Source of the DNA: Camelus ferus
Lineage: Eukaryota
Length of the DNA stretch: 64,000 nt
Direction of reading: 5' to 3'
Assembly (NCBI RefSeq): GCF_009834535.1
Contig: NC_045697.1
Coordinates: 78,494,001-78,558,000 of the forward strand
Every line of letters begins with the position of its first letter. Within the stretch, counting starts at the first letter, position 1. The notes below the pieces were generated by a model. That model worked only from the letters and a program-made list of their open reading frames with translations, was not told the origin of the DNA and did not search any database. Below are positions 1 through 14,014 of this stretch, one piece after another. The translations under genes and the position numbers were made by a program.

Positions 1-100
1 TTGCCTAGTCTTCCTGGCACTAAGAGGCAGTCATTATACACAGTCCTGGCCAAAGAGATACGAGCACAAGTTGCTGCATGAAACATCTGGGGAAACTTTA
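1..100 (+). mobile_element. Ancient ERVL/MaLR LTR fragment (LTR16/LTR33-like), cut by the window edge
   Basis: acacagtcctggccaaagagata...ctggggaaac resembles the recalled LTR16/33 motif 'acacagttctggccaatgagat...ctgggaaag'. Confidence 0.45.
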
Positions 101-675
101 TAGTATGGAAGGTTAGGTTTAACAAACAAAAACAGGTGGGAGGAGAGATTATATATTGTATCATACGCTAAAGTTTAAGATCAGATGCAAAGTTTGAACT
201 TGTGCCTTATGGTCTCAGCATGTTGGCCTCTTCAGAACTCTCTAACTCGTGGCCATGTGAAATTCCATTGTCATGCTTGCTCCAACATAGTCCAAAGACC
301 ACCACCACCACCAGGTGGGGGACACTCTTACAAGGAAAGCGTCCATGGTGTCAAAAGTATCATTATGAGAAGATGTTTGATAATCGTGGTGGTCTCAGCA
401 GAGGGATTTTGGAGGGAGTTTTGGCCTTTGGAAGATTAGAGATCATAGATGACTTCCTTTAGGAACTGGCATTGGAAGTAAGCTCCAATACATGAGTAGA
501 AATTACTTTGGTTTGAAAAACAGTATGTGTGAAGGCCATGAAGTGCGAAAGAGCCTGGAGTGTGGAAGGTACTGAAGGGGATTTGGAGCACTGAGCTGTT
601 TATTTGATTTCTGGTGTATTTCAGGCACTTTGGGTGCGGGATACCAAGGAACTTGCATAACACTTAAAATCAATC

Positions 676-702
676 ATATATATATGTATATATATGTGTG
701 TG
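676..702. repeat. (TA)n/(TG)n microsatellite
   Basis: atatatatatgtatatatatgtgtgtg seen directly. Confidence 0.8.
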
Positions 703-1089
703 TAAAATATGTACACACACCATTCACCTTGATTATTCTTTTGTTCCTTTTTGTTTTTCTGCAAAGATCTCTTCACTTACAGTTGAATCTCTTTCATTTA
801 TTATGGACAAGAGGCTATCAGCTATTTGCCACACCATGGTGAAGTGCTTGGCGTGCACTCTGCTTGGTCAGTTAAATATTTAGAATAGCCTGACTGATGA
901 TAGAGACCTTTGGGTAAATCACATTTATTTCTGTATAATTATGCTTGAATCTTATGTAAACTTATTAACACTTGTTAATTAAAGCAATGTGGGTTTCATT
1001 GGCTGAGCACAACACAATTATTGCTCGGCCAAGACAACTTTATGGTTATCATCTCAAATATCTGAATGATAAATGCATTCTTAGCTTTT

Positions 1090-1290
1090 TTGAGTACTTC
1101 CCACATACTATTTTAAGCACTTTACATCTGTTATTTTCTTTTATCTTCAAAACAGCCTTATGAAAAAGGCACAATTTTTATCTTCATTTCACAGATGAGA
1201 ATAAAAGAGACACAGAGATGCCAGGTACCCTCTTGAAGGTCACACAGCTATAATCAGTCATAGACCCAGGATCTGAATCTAGCCACACCA
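1090..1290 (-). mobile_element. MIR SINE
   Basis: Antisense MIR core: catttcacagatgagaa...aaggtcacacagcta...ccaggatctgaatctag. Confidence 0.75.
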
Positions 1291-4162
1291 GCTCTTACTC
1301 TAATCCTATATAGTCATTGTACAAAATTTTAACTCTTCAGTTGGCTATAATTGCATTTCATGGTTTTATAGCTAGAATTTGGCAAATCAGATTAATTACC
1401 TTGGGAATAATTATTCTCCATGTCTTCCTCACTAAAACCACCAAAAAGACCCCAAATAATTGGTTCTGCTCTCCCCTATTTATTTAAGATTTGTGAATTG
1501 TTTCCACTTCCATGTCTTCTTTTATCCCTATTTGGTGCATATAAGATATTTATGCAAATAGAGAAACATGGCCCTGAATTGATCTCAAATATAATAGGTT
1601 ACACGATGCATATAAAAATGTGTCTAGAAAAAAGAGTTAAGATTTGACATAATGTCATCCAAGGAACCAACTGTAGAACTCAGATAGACAAGTTCATGGC
1701 TTTTTCCAGACAGTAAAATACATTATTTTATAGATGATCATACACTCAGTTAGGGACTCAGTAAACTAGCGAATGTGACTTGGAAATATACCAAATAACT
1801 AACCCTACATATTCACACATCTTCTCTCCTTCAACCTCTCTTTCTTCAATATTCCTTAACTTAGAGAACAGCCTGGTGCCAAAAATATAGCAGCATTCTA
1901 GACATCCTTCTCCTTCACTACATACCACAGAAAATTAAGAATAAATGATCAGCCCCAGCCCCATCCTAGCAGAAGGCTCACACCTGCTCAGCCTGTTTAA
2001 ATTTTGAGAAAGAAAAAAATGTTTATCATACTTAGAGAACTTACTGGGTTCTACCCAACAAGAAAGTGACCGTGGTCATCTGTAGTGATATAAGTCAAAG
2101 TGTGAATGAAATGTTTTCAGTTACAAAATACTTAGCTACTTGCCTTGAAGATTTCTATAGTTATAAGTCACTATTTGGGGTACATCTGTGTGTGCTTGAT
2201 TTTGTAAATATTCTTCTTGTCAAAATGGTTTCACAAACGGCTACAAATGGCTTGAAAGTTATTAGAGGCAGGTTGAGGTAAATAATGAAATTAAAACCAC
2301 TATGTCTGATGATCTAAATGAGCAGGTGTCTTTTATGAGAGGAATCTTGGAAAATTCCCCCAAATTACAATGATACACAATACAGTTCTACAAAAATTAT
2401 TCACATGAACTTTTTTGGATAAATTTTTGAAAGTCTCAGTGATTCTAATATAAATTTATTTGAGTTTTCTGGTACTGGAAGGCAGCTTTTGAAAGACAAA
2501 TATATTACCAGTGGAATAGATATTTCATTTGGGCACAAACTATTAAAACCATTAGAGTTAATCGCAAAGCTTCCTGTAACAAAAGTTACATAAAAAAGAA
2601 ACAAATAAATCATGTTTTTAAAAAGTGCTCAAAAGTACCTGCATATATTGTCTATGTCATGGTTATACCTACTAACAGTATAAGATTCTATTTAAGTCAT
2701 TCCATGGGGTTTTTTTCTTACATATTTTCTGCTACTTCTTTCATCTCTCCTTTTTTCTCCTCTTCTAGCTTCTTCATTTTTCTCTTCTCTCTTTTTCCTT
2801 TTGCCAGAAAATTGATGCTGAAATGATTATGACAAATGATTAAATCATGATTGGCCCAAACTAGGTCACGGATCCATCCCAGTGACTAGGGACACAAGTT
2901 TCCTATAATGGCAAGGCTGCATCATAAATCACAAGAAGGACATTTATACAAAACCAGAGAAGGGTTGTTCCTCCTCTTGAAGATAAATGCTCACCTGCTT
3001 CCCTACAATTACAGAGCTCATAGTCATAGAATGTGATTTGTACATGGTCATTACGGCTATAATGTCTAAAGTCTTCAAACAAGCAAATTGCTCACCTCTG
3101 AAATTCTGAACCTTTCATATGCACTTTGCTGCATAATAATTTATGTGCTTATTTTCTCCTACATCTAGATTTTAAACTGCCTAAGGGTGAAATATATACT
3201 TGATTTCTCTTAAAAACTCACCTGACATATAACAAAATATTTTGCAGTGAGAGTCAGCGTACGTACTCGGAACTGACCAATCATTCAATTGTAAAAATTT
3301 TCCTTCAATACATTTGGTAATTTTCTTACTGGTTATATGCAAATCCAAACACATTTCTTAAGTAAGAGAAGAGTAAAAATAATAGCATAGAGAAAACTTG
3401 TTTGTTTCATAAACTCTGAGTTCACATTCAGTAATAATTTTATGCAATCCACATACAGAATAAAAATTTGCTGACTTTTAAAAATATTTTCTCATAAACA
3501 CACCTAAAAATCATGAACATCTTTATTCAAGTATCTATTTTGAAATAATTTAGCATATCTTTGATATATGCTTTAACACACAGTAGGAAAAATTTATTTT
3601 TTTCTTACTAATCCAGACTTGAGTCACATGTACGAAATCTTAGACATAAAGGACATCCTGAGTTATCCTGTTAAACAGTGGTGGAAATTTTTCCGATTAA
3701 GAAACTTTGATATAGAATAGTTGTACCTCACAAATCTCTGTTACAGTTTCCAAACATAGATATAAATCCCACCCAATAAATATTGCTTGGCATGTTACCT
3801 CAGTTTGCATTGTCTCCAAAACAATGATATCTTTTTTGTATGTGTGTGCTTGATTTTATTTCAGATGTCACCGTACATCCATATAGAATTTGACTAGATT
3901 TTCAGTTATCGTTAAACCCTTTTGAAGACATCATGGCACTGCCTCTGAAGGTTTACTTTTGTGACAGGCTTTGAACTTTTAACACTAGTACTGCAAGCTT
4001 TATGCAGTACACGTGAGAAGGAGATCTGCCATGCCAACTGTCTGTTTCACTGCAGCTGTGACACAAAATCTGGAAGTTTGTATTGGAGAGGCAGCAATAG
4101 GCACAGATGTTGGGCAGTGATAGCAGGCATTTCTCGGTCACCCTTATGGAGACGACAGCACA

Positions 4163-4196
4163 TGTGCGCGCGTGCACACACACACACATGCACACA
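4163..4196. repeat. Alternating purine-pyrimidine tract, (CG)n then (CA)n
   Basis: tgtgcgcgcgtgcacacacacacacatgcacaca seen directly. Confidence 0.85.
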
Positions 4197-5929
4197 GTCA
4201 AATGAGCTTGCAGAAGAAGCTGAATTTCTTCTGACGATCCTGGTCTCCTGGGGGGTTGGTTACTTAAGATTTAGAGGAGTTTTTGTCATTACTGGACTCC
4301 TTCCTGCCTTTGCAGGGACGGATGATTTGGAAAATCCAAATTGCTTGCTTTGTATCTTCCAACTCTACAGCTGAGGTTGGGCAAGCTTTCAAGACGAGCT
4401 ACTTGAACAAATAGAACTGCAGGCACAGATCCAACATTTCCCAGGGTGCACTGCAGTCTAGCTAACAGAGTGAGCTTCTTAGCATACAGAGAGTGGCAAG
4501 GCATCTTATTTACCTTCACTTCGGATTGTATGTTTTATGCACCCAGAATAGACAAAAGGCAATATGACTACTAGGATTTTATTCATATTAATTTGTAGCA
4601 GATGGAAGAATTCATGTTTTTCCAAGATATTTGTGGTAAAGCAACACTTATTGAAGAAGAAAAAGAAATATGGTATTCAGCTGTTTGCTAAATTGGTCAT
4701 TTATATTAATGTATTTTAGAAGCAATTATTTTATTAAGTGATTTTAATATAGTGGGTGTATGGGATTAGCATGGTGTTACGTTCAGCTGGCCTAAATTAA
4801 AGCTGTGCAAAACTAGTAAAAATTTAATGTAATTGGCAAAATGTCTTTTCTCCCCCTTTGAATGAGGTTTTGAAACCTACCACATCTTCAGAGAATTTGT
4901 ATTGGCTCCAAACGGCCTGGGCAATATATATTTTAGAAATGTTCATGCTTAAATGTCAGTGCTTATGAAACTGGAGTGTCTTCCTCAAGGGCCCCTCTGA
5001 TGTCTTTCTCCTTTTTTTGCCTCAGTTTTCTGTCCTGTAACTTGCTTGGCTCAAGAATCTCTGGGGCATCTGGTTGGCATTGCTCTAATTACACATAAAC
5101 CATAGATGCATGCGTTAGTAACATTTTCTACTAAACCTGACCATTCAGGCACATCATTAAGTCAGCATGCTAAAAGATACCCTAATCCTGCACTGCAGTC
5201 ACCAAATATATATGAAACTCTTAGTTGGAAAAGGCTCTGCCCATTAAGTGATCATTGGCATCATAGACATTGAATTTATTTATCTATTTCTACTACAGAT
5301 AGAGGAAATCTTAGAATAAGTTATTTATAACTAAAGTGTTCTTAGGTATATTTATTCACAGGCATTCACACCATGACCTTATGGTTAAAGCTTTCTTATT
5401 TAATCATTTTTATTCTGTTTTTGAGTAGGTCCAAAATGAATTCTCATGTTCTTTACAACAAACCAAACACCATTACTTAAATATTATGTCAGTTCCAAAC
5501 TGGCCCATTTGTTTTCCGAATTCACAGGCTCTCCATAATTGAAAAAAATGCACTTACCATAAGGGTAATTTAGCTCATTGTAAAATAAAAAGAAAGCTTT
5601 TTAAACACACTGTATTTTTTAAAAATTATTTCTTTGGAAATTAAGTGTTCTCACAAATGAAATAATCCCAGTCAACCTGCAACACCAAGTGTGCAAAAGG
5701 CCTGTACAAATGGTGACAAGTAATTTCCACATCCATATCCCATTTATCCTCAGAAAACCCTGACGGTGTTGACTATCCTATCTTCCTTTAATAAACGTCT
5801 ATACCTACAGCTCAACATAGAGTTTGTCTTCAATAAGTTGGCATCCCTGAAAGATGCAGGTACTTCTCATTTTTTTGAACTTTATATATCGGTGTGTTCG
5901 AGAATTTAGTCTTTTGACCACCTTTCTGC

Positions 5930-6775
5930 GTAAAACTTTTGCTGTCTTATGAATTCTCTGAAAGTCATATAAGTCTATTAATCTCTTGTGCTTGAAACAT
6001 CTTCTCTAGGATTCAGTAACATCTACTCTCCTGGTAAGATACTCTCCTATCTTGGTTTGTCCCTTCTCAGTCTACTTTACAAATTTCTCTTCTTTGACTC
6101 TCCCATAAGGAAACGTCCTAACTCTCCTGTCGTTATCGTCTCCTTAGAATATCTTCTCTACTAACATGGCTCCATTTGGCCTCTAGAGGCCAAAGATTCT
6201 CAATTCCATACTGATGGGTCATAATCTTTAGCCTGCATTATTGTAATAAACTGCTGTCTAATGGACCCAAATGACTTGATTTGTTTCAAACAATTCAGTT
6301 CCTGTGATAAAAGGGATTTTTCCAAAATGAATTCTGAGCATGTTAGTCTATGCTTAAAATCCTTAAATGAGCTCTCATTGATCTTAGATAAATATCTAAA
6401 CTCTCTGTCTAGACCTTGGAAACCTCACCACTTTACTCCCCTAATTCAATCCCTCCTGAAGTATATGGTATAGATTACATTGATTCTTTCAGTTCCTTGA
6501 ATAATAAGTACACCCAGGGCCTCTGGACATTTGTACATGCAGCTCCATCTCTGGAACCACACAATTTTACTTCTTCTTCTGGGTAAGTCCAAGGCATCTC
6601 TTAGATTTCAGCTTATATGTTAATTGAAGAGCAAGATTTTCTTGACTCAACCCTTTACATAAGCCATATTATACTTTATTTTATTTATTATTTAAACATC
6701 TATTTTTCTTCCATCTGTAGTCCTTGAAATCAAAAATTGTATTATCAGAACCTACCATAAATTCTCAATATTTGC
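5930..6775 (+). mobile_element. Degenerate L2 LINE fragment
   Basis: Pyrimidine-rich L2-like motifs (ctctcctgg, cttaaaatccttaaatgagctctcattg, cagggcctctggacat, cttagatttcagctt). Confidence 0.55.
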
Positions 6776-6779
6776 CAGG

Positions 6780-7810
6780 GACACAGAGACAAAAGAAATT
6801 GCCTCTACACACTGGGGGTTCAGACCGGTAGCAGAGACAGATAAGAAAGTCAACTATTAAAAAGAGCATAAAGACGGAATGAAGTTCTTGAGAACAAGAC
6901 CAGAGAGTGTATTTCAGGCCTAAGAGGAGGACCAGATTTTAATACAAGAGCCTCAGAGCCTCTCTAGTCTCTATGAAGGGTAAGGCTAGTGAGAGGAATA
7001 CAGAAGGTTTAAGAAATTGGGATAGAAGAAAAAAATGGCATTAGTAGTTATCACTGTAAGAGGAAAAATGAACTTTCTAGAGAAACATAAGTGAGCTTTT
7101 GGACTTCTAGGCCATGTTGAGAGCCCATGTGAGACTACTGATTGTAAACTCAAAGTGAGACCTTTAGACATGGTTGTGTGATTTTTCTCCAGCTGCGATT
7201 AGCTGCTTGGGTGCAGGTGATGAAAAGGTGGATGGCTGAATTAGTCCAGAATACATTTTGAAAGCACAGAGTGATAAATCCTTTGCCTAGAGGCAAAATA
7301 AGGCCAAGTAATTCAGATTGCAGGGATCAAAGCAATCTTTCAAAACTCCTTTGGGGAGTTTTTCGGTAAAGGAGAATTTGAAGAAAAAGTACAATGGGGC
7401 ATTTCAGGTAAAGGAAAGAACATGTGCCCAGATCCAGGCAAGTGAAAGAGCATGGTGTTTCCAAGGATATGTAAGGAAGAAATTCAGGACGCCTGGAACA
7501 CCAGCATAAAGTGGTAGAAAGAGAAGGGTGTGGTGGCCAGATCCTAAAGGACTTTGAAGAATGTGTTATGGAGATTATATTGATACTGAAAATATGGGGT
7601 GCTATTAAAGGATTTAAACAGAAGAGTGATACTTAGCATTGCTCTGGCAGTAGGGTGTAAAATGAATTTGAGTGGAGGAAGCATGTAAATTGCATAGCTG
7701 CCATTGTCCAATTAGGAAAAAATGAGGGAGGGATTGAATTTAGGTGATGGTGACAGATACGATGATGATGATGCAGTGGATTAGACTGAAAAATTCTCAG
7801 AGAGATTAAA
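6780..7810 (-). mobile_element. Degenerate L2 LINE fragment(s), antisense
   Basis: Antisense L2 motifs (ggaaagaacatgtgcc, taaaggatttaaacagaagagtgata, cattgctctggcagtagggtg). Confidence 0.55.
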
Positions 7811-7939
7811 TGATTTACATAAGATCCCACAAGACAGTGGTGGTAGTAAAACTAATACCCAAACCTGGCTCCAAGGCCAGTGCTCTTCCCACTATACTAA
7901 TGAGAAGTTCCTCGAAGTTGAATACTATATATTGCTCAT

Positions 7940-9090
7940 AATTTTTAATTAATTTTTATTAATTATTTTAGAGCAGTTTAAAGTTTATGGCAAAAATTGA
8001 GCAGAAGGTCCAGAGATTTCCTATATACTCTCTGCTCCTACTCCTGCATAGCCTCCCTTATGATCAATATTCCAGTACAACACCAGTTGTACATTTGTTA
8101 CAACTGATGAACCTAAACTGACACATCACTATTACCCAAAGTCCTGAGTTTACACTAGATTCACTCTTGGTGTTGTATGTTCTATGGGTTTGCACAAATA
8201 TATTCACAATTACAATTATCATACACAGTCATTGCACTGCCCTAAAAATCCTCTGTGCTCAACCAATTTATCCTTTCCTTCTCCTGACCTAAGCAATCAC
8301 TGACATTTTTATTACTCCCAAAGTTTTGTCTTTTACAGAATGTCATATAGCTGGAATCATACAGTATTTAACATTTTCAGATTGGCTCCTTTCACTTGGC
8401 AATGTGTATTTACGTTTCCTCCATGTCTTTCCATGGCTTGATAACTTGTTTCTTTTTAGTGCTGAATAATATTCTGTTGTCTGGATGTACCATAGTTCAT
8501 TTATCCCTTCATCTACTGAAGGACATCTTGGTTGCTTCCAAGTTTGGGCAATTATGAATGAAGCTGCTATTAACATTTGAATGCAAGTTTTTGTGTGGAC
8601 ATAAGTTTCCAGCTCCTTTGCATAAATACTGAGTTCAATTTCTGGATCATATGGTAAGAATATGTTTAGGTTTGTTAGAAATTTCTAAACAGTTTTCCAA
8701 AGTGGCTGTGCATTCCCACCAACGATGAATGAGAGTTCCTGTTGCTCCACATCTTCACCAGCATTTGGTGTTGCCAGTGTTCTGGATAATGGCTGTTCTA
8801 ATAGGTATATAGTGGTATCTTCTTGGTTTAACCTTCATTTCCCTCATGAAATATATAGTATGGAGTATCTTTTTATATGCTTATTTGCCATCTTTATATC
8901 TTCTTTGGTGAGGTGTCTGTTTAAGGTCTTTGTCTCATTTTTTGATTGGATTTTTTTTTTTTTACCAATTGTTGAATTTAAAAATCTTGTGCACATTTTA
9001 GATAAAACAGCATTTTATCAGATGTCTTTTGCAAATATTTCCTCCTAGCCCGTGGCTTGTCTTCTTGTTCTGTTAACATTGTCTTTTGAT
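7940..9090 (-). mobile_element. Old L1 3' end (L1MC-like): ORF2 C-terminus plus 3' UTR
   Basis: Minus ORF 8343-8576 (AASFIIAQTWKQPRCPS..LWYIQTTEYYSALKRN) matches the L1 ORF2 C-terminus; 'ttttagagcagtttaaagtttatggcaaaaattgagcagaa' matches the recalled L1MC 3' end. Confidence 0.85.
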
Positions 9091-9954
9091 GACTTACTCA
9101 TCTTCTATGCTCAGTGTCTAACTCAAGTGTAGGCATAGTGGAACTGAATAGCAGGGAATTGAATTATCTCTTGCTGGGCTGGGCAGAAATCACAGAGATG
9201 GTTTATGCATATTTAAAAGCTATTCTTTATTCTGAAGAAAGAAGAACAGGCTGAAATTTGGAGCTTTAACATAGAAATTTGGGTGATAAATTTGATTCTT
9301 CTTTATTTGATTTGACTTTAAAAAATACCAGATGCATTTCATCTTTCTGTCACTTTTTGTCTACTTTTCCTTCCAAAACTGTCCTATCATCATCGACTAG
9401 TACCCTCTCCAGACTCATTTAAATCATTTTGAACAACACACCTGTTTGCTAGTACCCTAACTTGCAAAGTTGCTCAACTCCTCTTTTCATTTATTTCATG
9501 AATGCAGCACTCATCATGTCTGCAAACTGAATACTCTTAGTAGCAGGACCTGTAATATCTACCCTTTAGGTAATAGGAAATACTACATTTAATGCACATG
9601 CAATGCTGTGTGAGGCAGCAGACGGAATAGCAGCTATTAAGTGTCATGTGTCCACACATTCACTTTAAAATCTAGGTAAAATCTGAAACTTTGGATATGT
9701 GAGAAAATTAGATGTTCTATTCCAATTTTCTTAGCATTTAAAAGTGTGCAAAAATGAAATAAAATAGAATATGGCATCAAGAAGCAAATGAAGATGATGA
9801 GAATACAGCAATAAAATTATCCAGATGGCTGGCCACTATGGGTACAACTGAGTTCCAAAAGACTTAATGACTGTACAACATGAGATGCAAGTTCACTTGT
9901 ACAGGCATCACACGCATTGCAGAAGTCATGATTTTCCAAGCCCACCATCCAGTG

Positions 9955-10306
9955 GTGCCAGGTTCTGAGTGTTTGTGTCTTCTCAAAATTCACGTGTGAA
10001 ATCCTAACCCCTAAAGATGATGATATTAGGAGGTGGGGGCCTTTCCTAGGTGATTAGATCATGAGGATGGAGCCCTCAAGAATGTGATTAGTGTTCTTAT
10101 AAGAAATTCCACAGAGATCCCAAGGTCTTTCCACCACATGAAAATACAACAGGAAATTTGCAACCAGGATGAGGGCCTTTACCCCACCATGCTGGCCCGT
10201 GGATCTCAGTCTTCCAGCCTCCACAACTGTAGGAAATAAATTCCGTTCATTCACAAGCCCCCTAGGCTGTGCTATCTTGTTACAGTAGCCTGAATGGACT
10301 AAAACA
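9955..10306 (+). mobile_element. MaLR solo LTR (MLT1A0-like)
   Basis: gaaatcctaacccc..tattaggaggtggggg..gattagatcatgagg..ttccagcctccacaactgtaggaaataaa..tagcctgaatggactaaaaca. Confidence 0.85.
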
Positions 10307-11384
10307 AATGGGTATCATTACATATGCTAATAATTTCACTTTTCTGTCAGATTTTAAAATGCTTTTACTATGCCATGTTTTAATGGAGCAAAATCACGGG
10401 TAGGCAAAATAATTTCTTGATGTTAACCAAGTAAGTCTAAAATGTTTAATATATAGTAATAATATTACTAATGGTTGCTGTGAAAAGAGTGCTTAATATG
10501 TGCTAAATAACTGATTTATATCTTTTAAGAAATTAATTCATTTAATCTTCAAAATCAGTAAAACAGATGTTATTAATTTCATTTAGCAAGGGGAAGCAAG
10601 ACTTCGTATTTAAATTAATTAATTAAAGCCCAAGTCCTTAAAACTCGGTTCTACTTCCCCTGGGAATGAAATTCAGCTTGTTTCTCATCAGTAGACTATT
10701 GGATAAAACTAGCTGTCTCCATCTGCTACCACAATACATCTGCTAAGTTGTCTTACCACCCTACATTGCATCTTAGGAAGGTCTGCAAGTATCAAGTATT
10801 TTTCTTTAAGCATTCAGTTATTTACTCATTTATGCAAGAGGAATATATTGAGTACTTACTATTGTCCAGATACTGTTCTGTTCCAAGCCCTGGGCAGAAG
10901 AACATATAAAATGTATATATCTCTACTGAATGAACTAGGAATAATTTTCTAGCAAAAGTGTGGTTATTATTCATGTGGAATATAAAATTCAAGCAAATAC
11001 TTGTAAACAGAGGAAAAAGCTTTAACTAAGAATGTTCAGATGTTTTCAGATGTTCTGCAATTTTTCTATTAGTATTTGCCACCCGTTCGTTCACTGACTC
11101 ATCTGTTAGATATTACTAACGATCAAGCCCTAAGAAATGGAATAGTGTTTAACAGTAAGATATGCACAAAAATAATTGAGAAATTTTAATGCTTTTTTTC
11201 TTGCAAGTTGAAATAAGACTTCTATTATTCAATTTATATTCAATTCAAGTCAAGGACTATCAGTGTTCTGTTACAGCATAATTTCATAATTACTAACCAA
11301 GGAGAAATCAAGTCTAAATGAGGAGTTTTTATTCATACTTTGGATATATTTTGAAGGTTTCTGGTAACAGAGAAATGATGTTAA

Positions 11385-11655
11385 TTAATAGCTACCATAT
11401 TACAATGCCTGTTACGTAGCAAACGTTCTAATTTGTATTCCATATGATTGTATCCTTTAATATTAATTTTAAAAAGTCTATGAAATAGCTATCTAGTTGC
11501 CCTCTATAGGCTGCAAATTCCCAATTCCACATTTTAACTCTATCTTAGACGAGAAAACGTACAGGAAAGAGGTTCAGCACTTGCTTAAGATCACATGTAA
11601 TTATAATAAATAAGTAACAGAGCCAGGCTTTGAGAATAAGAATTTTGCTCCCAAT
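11385..11655 (-). mobile_element. MIR SINE (interrupted)
   Basis: agaggttcagcacttgcttaagatcacat..aagtaacagagccagg antisense MIR motifs. Confidence 0.55.
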
Positions 11656-13699
11656 TCTATAAGTACATAAAATAACATGAAACATGTTCCAACAACATAG
11701 AATTATTTTTCTCTATGACCTGTTATTCAAGCAGAGGAAACACCTAAAGCATGATTTATAAAATATCCTTCTGAACACCTGAGCTAGGAAATTAACTCTA
11801 TACAATTTTACTGACTGATGTCATTTGGTCAGAGGAAAATAACAAAGGTGATGAAGGGAGGTTTACCAAGAGGGGCACAAGGGGGAAAAAAATTCGATAT
11901 CAGCGTATCCTGTTGAAATACCTCACTTTTAAGCAGCAAAAATGTCCTGAATAATATTTTAAATATTACACATTTGATGAATGTGTGCATAGTACTCAGA
12001 CCAAAAACAAGATTCCTGAAGATATGTAAAAAGTTATACAAACATAACATCTGTGAGGGAGGGGGAAATAGCCATGATGTGACCACTAATGAACACGTGA
12101 AGCTTTCTAAGAGAGCAGAATTTTTTTCATCTTTCTGAAATATTATCTCTAATGTATATGTGCAAGTCTTCAGATTGCTAATATAACCCAGCCTGCTCAT
12201 TCTATTTAAGAAACATGAGGCTGAAATGGAATTCTACATGAGATTAATAGAAAAAAATAATGAAAATGTGACTTCCATACAAAAGTCATCTAACCTGGAA
12301 AGAAACGGAGACTGGCTTTGTAGACCTGCAGCTTGGCACTTTTGAATAGTGATTTCCTTTCACCATAGAAGTAGCTACATATTAATGAGAGAAGGAGACA
12401 TTTTTATGAAAAGAATGTACAATGCATGAGTCACTCTGGATGAGAATTTTCTTACAAAATAATCCATAGCATAACCAAGCAGAATAATATTTATTAGCTT
12501 GAATCTGGAGAAAATTTTGTTGTACAAAATAATTTTTAAAAAGTAAACCTTATTTATACAATCAGGGCATCAATATCAGAAAACCCTGACAGGTTTTAGA
12601 CCACATAAACTAAACAGTACAGTATAGAAGTTACAAATTTAAACAAGCCAAACTAAAGAATGAAAGACCAAAACTGTCATAACAGGAAATGTAATTAGTT
12701 AAATGACTCCTTTGAAAATCTAAATAACATTGAAGAATTAGAAATTCATGAAATGTCACCAGAGCCTCAAAAACATGAAAAATTATATTGGCTTCTACAG
12801 CACTTACAGTCTTTTTTTGTTTAACTTGTCACCTTTATTCCTTTTACTTTAAAAAATAAAATATAGGAGAGAAAGACCCAAACAGCGACATTCTTTTCCA
12901 TTACTCTCGAACCACAAAAGCAAACCATTTCACCCACACAGTCAACTAAAAAAGTACTTACAATAATTTACGATTAAGAAATACTTACATAATTCTAAAG
13001 CTGAGACATCAAATTTCCTGAGTGCACTGAGAAGTAATTTTTCAATTGTTAAGGCTTAAAAAAAATTGTTTGTTTTTATCATTCAGGGATTTCTTCTATT
13101 TTACAGATAAGACCCCTGAAAAAAATCTCAGATTCATTTTAGAGCTATTTGTGGTTTCCAAAATACCTTAACTGGTTTTGGAGTAAAGATAAATATATTT
13201 CTACACCAAGATCTAAGTCTAAATTGCTCCACGTATGTGTATTTTAGGCCAACTTAGTATTTGGACAAAACCTGGAATTTTAATCTTAATTAATTTAATC
13301 ATAACTACATATAAATTGTAAAGTTTGATTCTTTCCTCACTGACCAATTAAAACAGTGAAATAACCAGTAAGAAAAATCTTTATATATCTCAATATATAT
13401 ATCCTTAATGACATATGATCCTTTAAAGTTATCTCTTTCATTGCAGCTAATAATAATAGAACAAACTATAGAATATTACAGCTAGAAGAAAATTTAAAAA
13501 TCAGTTTGCCCACTCTTACATCTCTGGATTTAATGTATTCTTAGTAAATCATTATCAAAGACTATAACATTATTAGCTATCTATCCTAACCATTTTAAAT
13601 ACCATTAAATTTGAACACTGGTTAATTAAAGATAATAGCCTCAAAGTTCAACTAGAGGGAGTTTAAAAAATCAATATTACCCAACATGTGAGCAAATCA

Positions 13700-13970
13700 A
13701 ATTATTAATTCTACAGGACATGAAAAGGGCTTACATGAGTCAAAGAGTCTTTGACAAAATAAGTTTGAGAAAGACTGGGTTATCAAAATTTAGAAGATTT
13801 CTTCATGCAGAACTACATGGATGAGTTAATTTGTATCCCATGAATTCTTAAGAAAGGGATATACTATGCCATTTTTCCAAATGTATTTAATCAGAATCTA
13901 CCCTCTCCTCTTTTTTTCCCAGAACACCTTATGAGCTAATGTTTTTGCAGAACGTATCTGGATAAAATCG
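13700..13970. mobile_element. hAT-Charlie-type DNA transposon remnant
   Basis: 'caaaataagtttgagaaagactgg' and 'catttttccaaatgtatttaatcagaa..cagaac' resemble Charlie/MER103-type sequence. Confidence 0.45.
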
Positions 13971-13975
13971 AATTT

Positions 13976-14014
13976 AATAACCTATAGCATTTGAAAAAAA
14001 AATAACCTATAGCA
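13976..14014 (+). mobile_element. Minimal TPRT-like insertion: 11-nt A-rich insert between 14-bp direct repeats
   Basis: aataacctatagca (13976-13989) + tttgaaaaaaa + aataacctatagca (14001-14014), preceded by ttt. Confidence 0.6.

Noticed and set aside
3988..4010. 8-bp hairpin gtactgca/tgcagtac
   Set aside because: A stem this short is expected by chance in 64 kb.
3961..4374. 137-aa plus-strand ORF
   Set aside because: Non-ATG start, runs through a microsatellite (HMCARAHTHTCT), and has no recognisable domain.
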